The notes under the pieces were generated by a model, which saw nothing but the letters and a program-made list of their open reading frames with translations, searched no databases and had not been told where the DNA came from. From positions 11,519 through 75,518 of the forward strand of contig JAZRLA010000005.1 of NCBI GenBank assembly GCA_045646605.1: a DNA stretch of 64,000 bases, given 5' to 3'. Of this stretch, positions 19,031 to 27,769 are shown piece after piece; position 1 is the stretch's first letter, and each line of letters starts with the position of its first letter. The DNA is from Candidatus Enterousia sp. GTDB taxonomy: Bacteria; Pseudomonadota; Alphaproteobacteria; Rs-D84. A program made the position numbers and the translations under genes.

Positions 19031-19690
19031 TTACAACAATTTGGTATCCGCATTTTCGCGCCCAACATACGCCTTTAAATCATTATACATTTGCCGCAAA
19101 TCCGCGGGCGCGGCATAGGTTTGATTCGCATTTTTTATACGAATCGTTTCCAAATTTATTTGTGCCTGTTTTTTCAAAACCTGGGTCAAATGTTCGGAAA
19201 AATGTTTTGCTTCATCCGATTCTTCGGCACCCTGAAGCAACAAACCGCGATTCGGCCGCGGCGACAAAAAAGCAAAATCCGACATCGCCACATCGGGCGA
19301 CACCAAAACAAAGCCCGAAATTTCCGGCCGCCGCATCAGCATTTGCAAAACATACCACGCACCCAATTGATGCCCGGCAATCCATATTTTATCACTGTCT
19401 TCGTTATGATTTTGAATCCAATCAATCACCGTTGCAATATCCAACATGTTATCCGCCGTCGTCCCAAGGGCACCTTCGGAATCACCAACACCGCGATAGT
19501 TAAACCGCACAACCGAAAAACCGATATCCATAAACGCCCGAAACATCGCATAAGAAATCCGGTCATTCATATGACACTTTTGCCGCGGATTGCCCGACAA
19601 CACAACCGCCAGTGGCGCATCATCATCCGCCGCCTTGTGATAAACCGCATGCAATTTTCCCATTTCCCCAGATATTATAATATCAACCAT
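19031..19690 (-). CDS. Alpha/beta-fold hydrolase (COG2945-like)
   Basis: The start is taken at MVDIIISGEMGKLHAVY (ATG at 19690, with a GAAGGTGG RBS). Supporting motifs are VRFNYRGVGDSEG and IWIAGHQLGAW, the latter a nucleophile-elbow-like sequence. Confidence 0.7.
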   Translation of the reverse strand: MVDIIISGEMGKLHAVYHKAADDDAPLAVVLSGNPRQKCHMNDRISYAMFRAFMDIGFSVVRFNYRGVGDSEGALGTTADNMLDIATVIDWIQNHNEDSDKIWIAGHQLGAWYVLQMLMRRPEISGFVLVSPDVAMSDFAFLSPRPNRGLLLQGAEESDEAKHFSEHLTQVLKKQAQINLETIRIKNANQTYAAPADLRQMYNDLKAYVGRENADTKLL

Positions 19691-19814
19691 AATCCACCTT
19701 CTTTTATTTATTACGCCATATTTATAGAACAAACGACTATGAATTTTCAATAAAAATTTTTGCTTTGACACAAATATAAATAATGTTTTAGAATGTCACA
19801 AAAGGAAGGTTGAA

Positions 19815-20726
19815 ATGAATACATCAAAGTTTAATCTGGTGGCGGTTTTCGGTATGTTCGCGGCGTCTGCGGCGTTTGGCACAACCCAGTATATAGAGGA
19901 AAATTTTCAAACGGTTTACACTGAAACACCGGTTCAATCGTATTACGCATATCCCGACGACCCGAATTTTATTCCTGAATTTGAATTCATGGACCAAGAC
20001 TATGGTTTTGATTACGACCAAAATATTATTGATGCTCGCGAAATAGAATCTGCGGCAAACCCGGGGGTCATGTTTGCGACCCGACCAATGGTCATCTGTC
20101 GTAATTTTGGATGCACACGCCTTAACGACAAAATCACCCGTACATTTTTATTCAACAGTCTTGTAAACATGTTCATGATGAATGCACATTCACGGGTCTA
20201 TATATGTGAGGCCGATCCTTTTTCGCGTGATTGCTTGCAATCCGGTATATCATTTCCAATTAGATCTGGTATTGCGAACGCCCTTGCCAAAATTCCAAAG
20301 GCCACAATATCCCAGGTAAATGTTTCAACCGGTCTTTCACGCGGAACAATCAACATGACCTATGAATTATTGGTAAATGGGATAAGTCGCGTATGCGAAC
20401 CAACAATCATGGATCTTGTTATTCCAAACAATTCATCGGCAATACTTTCAAACCGCGAATTTACATGCAATATGACCAGTGACGGGTTCAGCAATGTATC
20501 ATTACTGGTGAATCTTGATTATATTGATTTAGATTATGGAATTCTTGGCGGATATTATTCTTTGGGCACCCAGGGTCGTGTCAGTGGCGGTGCAACGGGA
20601 TACGCATTATTCAAAACCGAATTTACAACGGGGGGTATGCAATTCCGGGCGGCATACGATGAAAATAATAACCTTATCCAAACAATTCAGCCGGGCGAAT
20701 ACGCGGTTGAACCACTGCACAAATAA
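19815..20726 (+). CDS. Hypothetical secreted protein (303 aa)
   Basis: Strong RBS (AAGGAAGG) and a signal peptide (MNTSKFNLVAVFGMFAASAAFG). No recognisable family. Confidence 0.7.
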   Translation: MNTSKFNLVAVFGMFAASAAFGTTQYIEENFQTVYTETPVQSYYAYPDDPNFIPEFEFMDQDYGFDYDQNIIDAREIESAANPGVMFATRPMVICRNFGCTRLNDKITRTFLFNSLVNMFMMNAHSRVYICEADPFSRDCLQSGISFPIRSGIANALAKIPKATISQVNVSTGLSRGTINMTYELLVNGISRVCEPTIMDLVIPNNSSAILSNREFTCNMTSDGFSNVSLLVNLDYIDLDYGILGGYYSLGTQGRVSGGATGYALFKTEFTTGGMQFRAAYDENNNLIQTIQPGEYAVEPLHK

Positions 20727-20791
20727 TTAAAATGCTTGAAAACCGCACAAATAGCCGCTATGATACAATGCAAGAATCATGGCGGTTTTTT

Positions 20792-21442
20792 ATGAACAAA
20801 ACACTATTGATTATTGATGACGATGATAACCTGCGCCTTACGTTGGCGCACGGATTACGCACCGCAAATTTTCATGTTTTAACCGCCCCCAACACAAAAA
20901 TGGCCGAACAAATCCTTGGGCGTATATCCGTTGATGCAATTGTCCTTGATCGAATGATGCCGGATGTGGATGGGTTAACATTTCTAAAAAAAATGCGCAC
21001 GACCGGCAACAATATACCCACAATCATGCTAACCGCGATGGGTGGCGCGGAAAACGCGATTGACGGCCTGCGGGGCGGGGCAAACGATTACTTGGACAAA
21101 CCGTTTCAGTTACAGGAATTAATTCTGCGTATCGAAAACATAACACGTTTTACGCCCGAACCGGAACCGGCACGGGTTAACGGCATATTATTCGCCGACA
21201 ATGAATTTTTTGTCACGGATAAATCCGGAACCTCGTGTATCTTGCACTTATCGGTGGAAGAAAAAAAATTACTACGGGGCTTAACAACCCCGATTGGCAA
21301 TATTGTGGCGGCGGCGCCAATGGTCGCAAAACGCTTGCGCGAAAAAATAAATAATGTATCATTAGACATGGACATTGTAACCATACGCGGTCGTGGTTAT
21401 AAATTGGTTTGTCCAACCCAAGACAAAAAAACAAAGGATTAA
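20792..21442 (+). CDS. OmpR-family response regulator
   Basis: The start is taken at MNKTLLIIDDDDNLRL. The receiver domain shows LDRMMPDVDG and DYLDKPF, and the winged-helix end shows TIRGRGYKLV. Confidence 0.85.
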   Translation: MNKTLLIIDDDDNLRLTLAHGLRTANFHVLTAPNTKMAEQILGRISVDAIVLDRMMPDVDGLTFLKKMRTTGNNIPTIMLTAMGGAENAIDGLRGGANDYLDKPFQLQELILRIENITRFTPEPEPARVNGILFADNEFFVTDKSGTSCILHLSVEEKKLLRGLTTPIGNIVAAAPMVAKRLREKINNVSLDMDIVTIRGRGYKLVCPTQDKKTKD

Positions 21443-21444
21443 AC

Positions 21445-22728
21445 ATGCGACTGATTCCACGTGGTTTTTTTTGGCGAACAATTCTTTTGATATTGGTTCC
21501 ATTGATATTGGCACTAACCATCGTTGCAAATGCGTTCTTTGGTAACCATTGGGCGCGTGTACACGCAACACTTGCCCGTACACTTTCGGTTGAAATTGCA
21601 ACAATTATGAATTTTATGGATTCTGGCGACACCAAAACGGCGGAAACATTGGCACACGACATCGGAATAAACGTAACCATTGCGCCCGAAATCAATCGTC
21701 ATACAAAAAACGACAATCACTCACGCGAAGCCGGATTACTGGCCCAAGAACTTTCCAACCGTATCAATCGTAAAAGCAAAATATATGTTGATCGTGGTCA
21801 CCGTCTTATTACGATTGACATTCCAACGGCAAACGGTGAGGTTGCGACCTTTGGCACAAGTCTTTATCGCATTTATTCAACCAGTGCCGAGGTTTTTATA
21901 ATTTGGCTGATTGGCGCGATTTTAATTGTATCTGCATTGGCCACACCGTTTATAATCTTGCATAATCGCAGCATTCGTCGCATTGCACGTGCGGCAAATC
22001 GTTTCGGGCGTGGTCTGGATGCGCCGGGCTTTCAACCAACCGGATCCAAAGAAATTCGTGAGGCCGCCACCGCCATGATAACAATGAAAGATCGACTTGA
22101 CCGGTACAACCGAACCCGCACAGATATGTTAAATGCCGTAAGTCACGATTTAAAATCGCCACTTGCGCGAATGCGACTTGCCATTGAAACAGACGCGGGC
22201 GACAAACCGGCATTACTTGCAGATATTGACCGCATGACATCAATGATAAATGGATATCTGTCGTTTGCGCGTGGCGAAATGCCGGAAATCGAACAATCAA
22301 CCGAACTTCCGCCGATGCTTTTGCGCATTGCGCGCGATGCCGCACCGGACAAAGAAATCATAACCGAATTCCCCGAAACCCCGGTTCAATTCTATGCGCG
22401 TCCAATGGCACTTGCACGGGCCTTTTCCAACATAATCGAAAACGCGGCCCGCTATGCGAAAACCAAAATCAAAATGACCGAAGTTGACGGCAAAAATGAA
22501 ACAACCGTTACAATCGAAGATGACGGTCCCGGCATACCGGATGAAAAAAAGGCCGATGCAATGCGCCCGTTTGTCCGCCTGGACGATGCACGCGGGGCGG
22601 CGACCGGTGGCACGGGACTGGGGCTGTCCATCGCGCAAACGGCAATTGAAAATCACGGCGGCCGCATATTCTTGGAAAATAGCGACCTTGGCGGCCTGCG
22701 CGTTCGGGTTACATTACCAATTCAATAA
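21445..22728 (+). CDS. Sensor histidine kinase (EnvZ-like: 2 TM, HAMP, HisKA, HATPase)
   Basis: ATG 2 nt after the regulator's stop codon, with an AAGGA RBS. Contains the H-box AVSHDLKSPLARM, an N-box (NIIENAARYA), and the G-boxes DDGPGIP and GTGLGLSIA. Confidence 0.85.
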   Translation: MRLIPRGFFWRTILLILVPLILALTIVANAFFGNHWARVHATLARTLSVEIATIMNFMDSGDTKTAETLAHDIGINVTIAPEINRHTKNDNHSREAGLLAQELSNRINRKSKIYVDRGHRLITIDIPTANGEVATFGTSLYRIYSTSAEVFIIWLIGAILIVSALATPFIILHNRSIRRIARAANRFGRGLDAPGFQPTGSKEIREAATAMITMKDRLDRYNRTRTDMLNAVSHDLKSPLARMRLAIETDAGDKPALLADIDRMTSMINGYLSFARGEMPEIEQSTELPPMLLRIARDAAPDKEIITEFPETPVQFYARPMALARAFSNIIENAARYAKTKIKMTEVDGKNETTVTIEDDGPGIPDEKKADAMRPFVRLDDARGAATGGTGLGLSIAQTAIENHGGRIFLENSDLGGLRVRVTLPIQ

Positions 22729-22740
22729 AAAGGGTAAAAG

Positions 22741-24450
22741 ATGAATCTATATAAATATGTGTCCGACAAATTAAACGAAAAATTGGGTTTTACAACCAAA
22801 CTGGAAATTCCACGCAATCGCGACTTTGGTGATTTTTCAACAAACGCCGCAATGGTTATGGCAAAAACCGCCGGTAAGAATCCACGTGAAATCGCAACCG
22901 AACTTTTACCAAAAATCAAAGAATTAGATTTTGTGTCCGACGCATCTATTGCGGGGCCGGGATTTATCAACCTGCGTATCCGCGATGATTTCCTTTGGAA
23001 CGCCGTCCAAACCGCGGCCGAAATCACACGTACCGCAAAGCCAATGACAATCGATATGGATTATGGCGCATACAATGTTGCAAAATCATTACACATTGGG
23101 CACCTGCGCACATCAATTGTCGGCGACACATTTAACCGCATTGCGCGGTCTTTGGGCCACAAAACATTTTCATGGAACCATATTGGTGATTGGGGCAAAC
23201 CGATGGGATTGGTTATCGCATGGATTGAACGCCTGCACCCGGAATTACCGTATTTTCGCGATGACTTTGACCCGCGCACACCCATCGATTATGAAATTGA
23301 TGAACAGGAGTTAAATACATATTACCCGACCGCATCCGCGTTTGCCAAAGAAAACCCAGAATTTCAATCACATGCCCAGGAAATCAAGGCAAAATTTCAA
23401 TCGGGTCATCCGGGCTATTTCGCATTATATGAAAAGTTCTTGGCAATTTCTTTACGCACAATGAACAAAACTGTTGGTCGGTTAAATATATTACCATTCG
23501 ATTACGATTTGGGCGAAAGGAACGCCGCAAAATACTTGGAACCTGTTGAAAAGATATTGCGCGATAAAAATATGATTTATGAAAACGACGGCGCCGAAAT
23601 AATTAATGTAAAACGCGATTCCGATAACAAACCGATGCCACCATATATGTGGCGCGATTCACGCGGCGCCGACACATACGATTCCACCGACCTGGCCGCC
23701 GTTTATTGCCGCAAGAAAACCGATAATCCTGATAAAATCATTTATTTCACAGATTTGCGCCAAAGCCTGCATTTTGAACAACTGTTCCGTGTGGCGGACA
23801 TGTCCGGAATATACCCATACGATAAATTTGAACATATCGGATACGGCACAATAAACGGTGCGGACGGCAAACCGTTCAAGACGCGGGATGGCAACGCCGC
23901 GGGATTGGATGATATTTTGGATATTGCAAATGATGCGGTTCGCGCGCGTATTGCGGAATTTGATAAAAAATTAGACGACGATACAATTCAAACCATTGCA
24001 TTGGCGGCGGTCAAATTCAACGATCTGTTGCACGATGTAAAGTCCGATTATGTCTTTGACCCAAAACAAATCACTTCGTTTGAGGGGCGCACCGGCCCAT
24101 ACATACTCTATACCGCGGTGCGATTGAATTCTGTCCTGCGCCGCGCCGGAAAATTTGACACACCGAAAACGGCGATAATGGGCGCGGACGAAAGGAATTT
24201 GGTTATGGAACTTTTGGACTTTGACCGCACGGTGCAATCGGCATTTGATTCGCGCGCAACGGATTTGGTCGCGAACTATGCATACGATGTGTGCCAATTG
24301 GTAAATACATTCTATCACAATTGCCCAATTTTACGCGACGATGTGGACGCGGAAACACGCAATATGCGCCTGGCCCTTGTTAAAATCGCGGTTGATGTTT
24401 TGGGGCGGGCACTGGACCTTATGGGCCTGAAAGTCCCAGCAGAAATGTAG
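22741..24450 (+). CDS. argS: Arginyl-tRNA synthetase
   Basis: Class I HIGH motif (SLHIGHLR), a DALR-type anticodon-binding C-terminus, and the characteristic C-terminal ...AEM. Confidence 0.96.
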   Translation: MNLYKYVSDKLNEKLGFTTKLEIPRNRDFGDFSTNAAMVMAKTAGKNPREIATELLPKIKELDFVSDASIAGPGFINLRIRDDFLWNAVQTAAEITRTAKPMTIDMDYGAYNVAKSLHIGHLRTSIVGDTFNRIARSLGHKTFSWNHIGDWGKPMGLVIAWIERLHPELPYFRDDFDPRTPIDYEIDEQELNTYYPTASAFAKENPEFQSHAQEIKAKFQSGHPGYFALYEKFLAISLRTMNKTVGRLNILPFDYDLGERNAAKYLEPVEKILRDKNMIYENDGAEIINVKRDSDNKPMPPYMWRDSRGADTYDSTDLAAVYCRKKTDNPDKIIYFTDLRQSLHFEQLFRVADMSGIYPYDKFEHIGYGTINGADGKPFKTRDGNAAGLDDILDIANDAVRARIAEFDKKLDDDTIQTIALAAVKFNDLLHDVKSDYVFDPKQITSFEGRTGPYILYTAVRLNSVLRRAGKFDTPKTAIMGADERNLVMELLDFDRTVQSAFDSRATDLVANYAYDVCQLVNTFYHNCPILRDDVDAETRNMRLALVKIAVDVLGRALDLMGLKVPAEM

Positions 24451-24646
24451 GGAAAGTGTTAGTCCGGCATGACCGCGACGCGGTCATGCCGCGACGGGTG
24501 GTTAGTAAAGAATCCGTCATACCGGCGAAAGCCGGTATCTCCCCGTCACAATTGAAACCACAAGATTCCGCGTTTCCGCGGAATGACGGCACATTTTTGT
24601 GGGGCCCGGTACCGCAGGGTGACGACACTAACCACTAACACTTTCC
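24451..24646. repeat. MITE-like composite repeat bounded by 13-nt inverted termini
   Basis: GGAAAGTGTTAGT (24451-24463) is the reverse complement of ACTAACACTTTCC (24634-24646). The interior contains the CATGACCGCG-ac-GCGGTCATG hairpin, GTCATACCGGCGAAAGCCGGTATC, and GATTCCGCGTTTCCGCGGAATGACGG. Confidence 0.8.
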
Positions 24647-24707
24647 AATTTCCCCTTGCCCGAAAATTCAAAATTTGATAGAATAGGGCAAAAGGGATTC
24701 CGGAGAG

Positions 24708-27068
24708 ATGAAAAAGTTTGTTTTTAGCTCGTTTTTATGTCTTATAACATTGCCTGTGTTTGGCAACGATATATTAAGCATAACTTGTGAAAACAAGGCA
24801 CAAGATGGATGCACGCTGTCTGAAAATTTAGCTCCTATTCATGATTGCAGCAAGATATCTGTCACCGAAACAGATTATGCATATATTGATTCAGAGACAC
24901 ACAATAAATGTGAAAAACAAATAGAAGCCGTGACCAGGGGAAATAAAAAATGCCCGGCCGTTCAAGTTGTAATGATAGATATTGGCACAGGAAACGTGAA
25001 GAAACTTTTATACTGCATTACCAATCAAAATGTTGTTGTTAAATACACGGACGACCCGACCGACACCTGGTCATACGCCCATAAACAATGTGTAGGCAGT
25101 TGGGGTATATGGGAAAATAACAGGTGTAAATGCGATCACTTGGAAGGTGCACAGACAGTCGAAAATGAATGTCAATGCACCAACAATTCAAACCAAAAAT
25201 ACTATAATAAGATGGTTAGTGGGTGCGCCACATTGGAAAATAACGTAAAACAGGCCGGCACAAACACCATATTAATCGGTTTTGATGGATTCGATTTAAA
25301 AGACGTGGATAAATTAAATAGTTGCCCCCCAAGTGGTGGCATATGGGGCGGAGCCCAAAACAATGTATGCACATGTAGTCCCGACCTAAATTTAAAACCT
25401 GACGACACCGGGTATTTTTGTAACTGCAAAGAAGGGTACGATTATCTTGATCCTATGGGTAAAACCAATGGATGTGTCCCAATTTCACAAATCGATGATA
25501 TTAATGAATCCACAACTAGCACATCTGACACTCCCACCGATTCTGAAAATGTTGCGCCAGCATCCACCGACATTCCAACGGAACAAACCCTGACCGCCGC
25601 CTGCACATATAGTGGCGGCGAATATCAAAATGGAGAATGCGTGTGCGATGCCGATAAACATTTGGAAGAATATAAACCTGAAAATGCCCCGGAATACAGT
25701 ATCTGCAGATGCATGTATGGCTACAAGCGCAAAGGTGGCACATTGGGAGAGGATGGCAAAACAATCACCGAATATCCCGATGGTGCCGAATGCGAATATG
25801 CCGGAACAGAAACGATTGAAAAAGTTTTTGATTCCGTCAAATGGCGCAAGGATACCGAAAATGCATATAAACACGAACGCGACAATACGCAAAGTTGGGC
25901 CAACAAAGGGATCACCGCCGGGTCCACCCTGTTGACGGGCGAAGGCGCAATGATGGCGGCCCAGGCCTGGGCAGAGCAAAACGCGGACAAGCGCGCCGAA
26001 GAACAAATGAACGCATATATCACAACAATGAAATGCGAATATGGTGGTGGCCAACAGGTTGACCTGGGCAAGGAAGAAACATTGCCGGGCGGGAACGAAT
26101 TGTCGAAAAACTATACCGAATACAAACAATTGGCGGACAAATTAAAGGCGATAAAAACCGCGCTGAACATGCGCCCCGGAATTGAAAGCGAAGTATTATA
26201 TGAAAAGGCCGAAACCGGACTTTATAACTATCAAACCGCGGAACGGCAAAGCGGCACGTATGCGTCAGTTGCACGTGCACTAATGGATACGACAGGAACG
26301 GACGCCGAACGTTGGAATGCGCAACGCGCCGAAACCGCACAAAACCTGAAAACCGGGGCATTACTTGCCGCCGGCGGTGTGGCCACGGGCGTTGTGGGAA
26401 ATTACCTGGTCAATCGAAATCATAAGAATGAGTATATGAATTTAGAAAAAGAATTTAACGAAATATCAAGATACCTTGAAACTGAATACCCGGAAATATT
26501 CATACCAAAGGAAGAACCAACGCAAAAAGAAAATATGGAAACAATTGCTATTCCACCAAAAACTACGGTTTCAATAGACCAAACAAACTCTGAAGAACTC
26601 CCTTCAATATCCGATGAGGCCTTTGAACCAGGAAGCATAGAACTAACCCAAAAAGGTCAAGAAGCCGTAACAAAAGCAGCAACCGCCATTGCGAATCTAT
26701 TCGACCAACATAATATTAAATCCATAACCGTAACCGCAACAGGTTACACAGACCCCCAAAACATAAGTCCCCAAACGGCGGACCGACTCACCAAAGAATA
26801 CAAAAATCTATTCGGAAATTTACCAAATAAATATAACGAAAAAATCGATGAAAATTCAGAATTATCAGAAGTACGCGCAAAGATGGTTTTAAAAAGCTTA
26901 ACAGAACAGTTGGAACAACAAAATATCACCGTAACAGAATCTACAGCAAAAGGCGGTGGTATTTCGGAAGATTGTGCACTAGGTAACAATATAAAGAAAA
27001 AAGATTATAAAAAATGCAGAAAGATTGAAGTGACTATTAATTACACCTATATAAAATCCGCCGAATAA
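24708..27068 (+). CDS. Secreted Cys-rich (EGF-like spacing) protein with a hydrophobic segment and a C-terminal OmpA-like domain
   Basis: Signal peptide MKKFVFSSFLCLITLPVFG. Repeated C.C motifs (NNRCKCDHLEG, ENECQCTNN, NNVCTCSPD, YFCNCKEGYDY, NGECVCDADKH, SICRCMYGYKRKG). Hydrophobic GALLAAGGVATGVVGNYLV. The C-terminus FEPGSIELTQKG...VTATGYTDPQ...LSEVRAKMV...CRKIEVTI resembles the OmpA_C pattern F..gS..L....GhTD...LS.RRA...RRVEI. Confidence 0.8.
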   Translation: MKKFVFSSFLCLITLPVFGNDILSITCENKAQDGCTLSENLAPIHDCSKISVTETDYAYIDSETHNKCEKQIEAVTRGNKKCPAVQVVMIDIGTGNVKKLLYCITNQNVVVKYTDDPTDTWSYAHKQCVGSWGIWENNRCKCDHLEGAQTVENECQCTNNSNQKYYNKMVSGCATLENNVKQAGTNTILIGFDGFDLKDVDKLNSCPPSGGIWGGAQNNVCTCSPDLNLKPDDTGYFCNCKEGYDYLDPMGKTNGCVPISQIDDINESTTSTSDTPTDSENVAPASTDIPTEQTLTAACTYSGGEYQNGECVCDADKHLEEYKPENAPEYSICRCMYGYKRKGGTLGEDGKTITEYPDGAECEYAGTETIEKVFDSVKWRKDTENAYKHERDNTQSWANKGITAGSTLLTGEGAMMAAQAWAEQNADKRAEEQMNAYITTMKCEYGGGQQVDLGKEETLPGGNELSKNYTEYKQLADKLKAIKTALNMRPGIESEVLYEKAETGLYNYQTAERQSGTYASVARALMDTTGTDAERWNAQRAETAQNLKTGALLAAGGVATGVVGNYLVNRNHKNEYMNLEKEFNEISRYLETEYPEIFIPKEEPTQKENMETIAIPPKTTVSIDQTNSEELPSISDEAFEPGSIELTQKGQEAVTKAATAIANLFDQHNIKSITVTATGYTDPQNISPQTADRLTKEYKNLFGNLPNKYNEKIDENSELSEVRAKMVLKSLTEQLEQQNITVTESTAKGGGISEDCALGNNIKKKDYKKCRKIEVTINYTYIKSAE

Positions 27069-27154
27069 AAAACATTTATGTTTTGTAAAAAGCTCAAATA
27101 ATCCGTTATACCCACGATAAAATTAAAATCGGCACACGGCCGATTTGAATTTTA

Positions 27155-27231
27155 TGGTCGGGGCGACAGGAATCGAACCTGCGACCCCTTGCACCCCATG
27201 CAAGTACTCTACCAGGCTGAGCTACGCCCCG
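27155..27231 (-). tRNA. tRNA-Pro (anticodon GGG), CCA encoded
   Basis: Manual cloverleaf: CGGGGCG-TA-GCTC-AGCCTGGTA-GAGT-A-CTTGC-ATGGGGT-GCAAG-GGGTC-GCAGG-TTCGATT-CCTGT-CGCCCCG-A-CCA. Confidence 0.92.
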
Positions 27232-27238
27232 ACGACAA

Positions 27239-27612
27239 ATAATATATTAAAGCAATACACTTTTAATTACAAATATTTTTTTTGAAAATCTCTGCCGGCG
27301 TGCGTTTTTAAATATTTTTCAAAGTTTTCCGCTTTTTTTTGCGTGTCAAATGCAAAATACGATACAATTCGCCACGGTTTATATTTATTCGTGTGTCGGC
27401 ATGTGCCATTGTTATGTTCACGAAATCGCAACTTTAGATTATTCGTGTAACCAACATAAAAATGTTCTGGCGAATTTACACTTTGTAAAATATAGACATA
27501 AAACATTACTTGTCCGTCTCCGCTAACGCTACGCCGAGACGCTCCGTTTCGTCCGCGCCCTTCGGCAAAAAACCTCGGTCGCGGCGGTTGCTATGGCAAC
27601 CGACGGAACGGG
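27239..27612 (-). mobile_element. Candidate GIY-YIG cassette (unique segment between two 65-nt direct repeats derived from tRNA-Pro)
   Basis: The direct repeats at 27174-27238 and 27613-27677 read identical by eye. The 374 nt between them carry the GIY-YIG ORF and a structured segment of about 106 nt. Confidence 0.45.
27267..27506 (-). CDS. Stand-alone GIY-YIG nuclease domain protein (79 aa, COG2827/UPF0213-like)
   Basis: MFYVYILQSVNSPEHFYVGYTNNLKLRFREHNNG...KPW...KKAENFEKYLK matches the GIY-(x10)-YIG...R..eH..g...E pattern. A GGAGA RBS lies 10 nt upstream. Confidence 0.85.
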   Translation of the reverse strand: MFYVYILQSVNSPEHFYVGYTNNLKLRFREHNNGTCRHTNKYKPWRIVSYFAFDTQKKAENFEKYLKTHAGRDFQKKYL

Positions 27613-27670
27613 CGAACCTGCGACCCCTTGCACCCCATGCAAGTACTCTACCAGGCTGAGCTACGCCCCG
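27613..27670 (-). pseudogene. Truncated copy of tRNA-Pro(GGG), tRNA positions 1-58
   Basis: Identical to nt 1-58 of the intact gene (5' acceptor strand through TTCG of the T-loop), after which the sequence diverges. It lacks the 3' T-stem and acceptor strand. Confidence 0.85.
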
Positions 27671-27682
27671 ACGACAACCGTC

Positions 27683-27711
27683 ATAATAATATAAACTTTC
27701 GCAATTTGCAA
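27683..27711 (-). promoter_or_regulatory. Sigma70-type promoter upstream of the truncated tRNA-Pro copy
   Basis: On the minus strand: TTGCAA (27711-27706), a 17-nt spacer, then TATTAT (27688-27683), about 12 nt upstream of the tRNA 5' end. These are the same hexamers as in the rnpB promoter. Confidence 0.5.
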
Positions 27712-27769
27712 ACAGATAAATCGAACCGTTATACACTAATTCGATGATGGAAAAAATTTCCAGAGAACC

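Noticed and set aside
27155-27677. Intron-containing or split tRNA-Pro, with the GIY-YIG ORF as an intron-encoded homing endonuclease.
   Set aside because: The downstream tRNA is complete and uninterrupted. The upstream piece duplicates positions 1-58 rather than complementing them, and the break lies in the T-loop, not the anticodon loop where bacterial tRNA group I introns are found.
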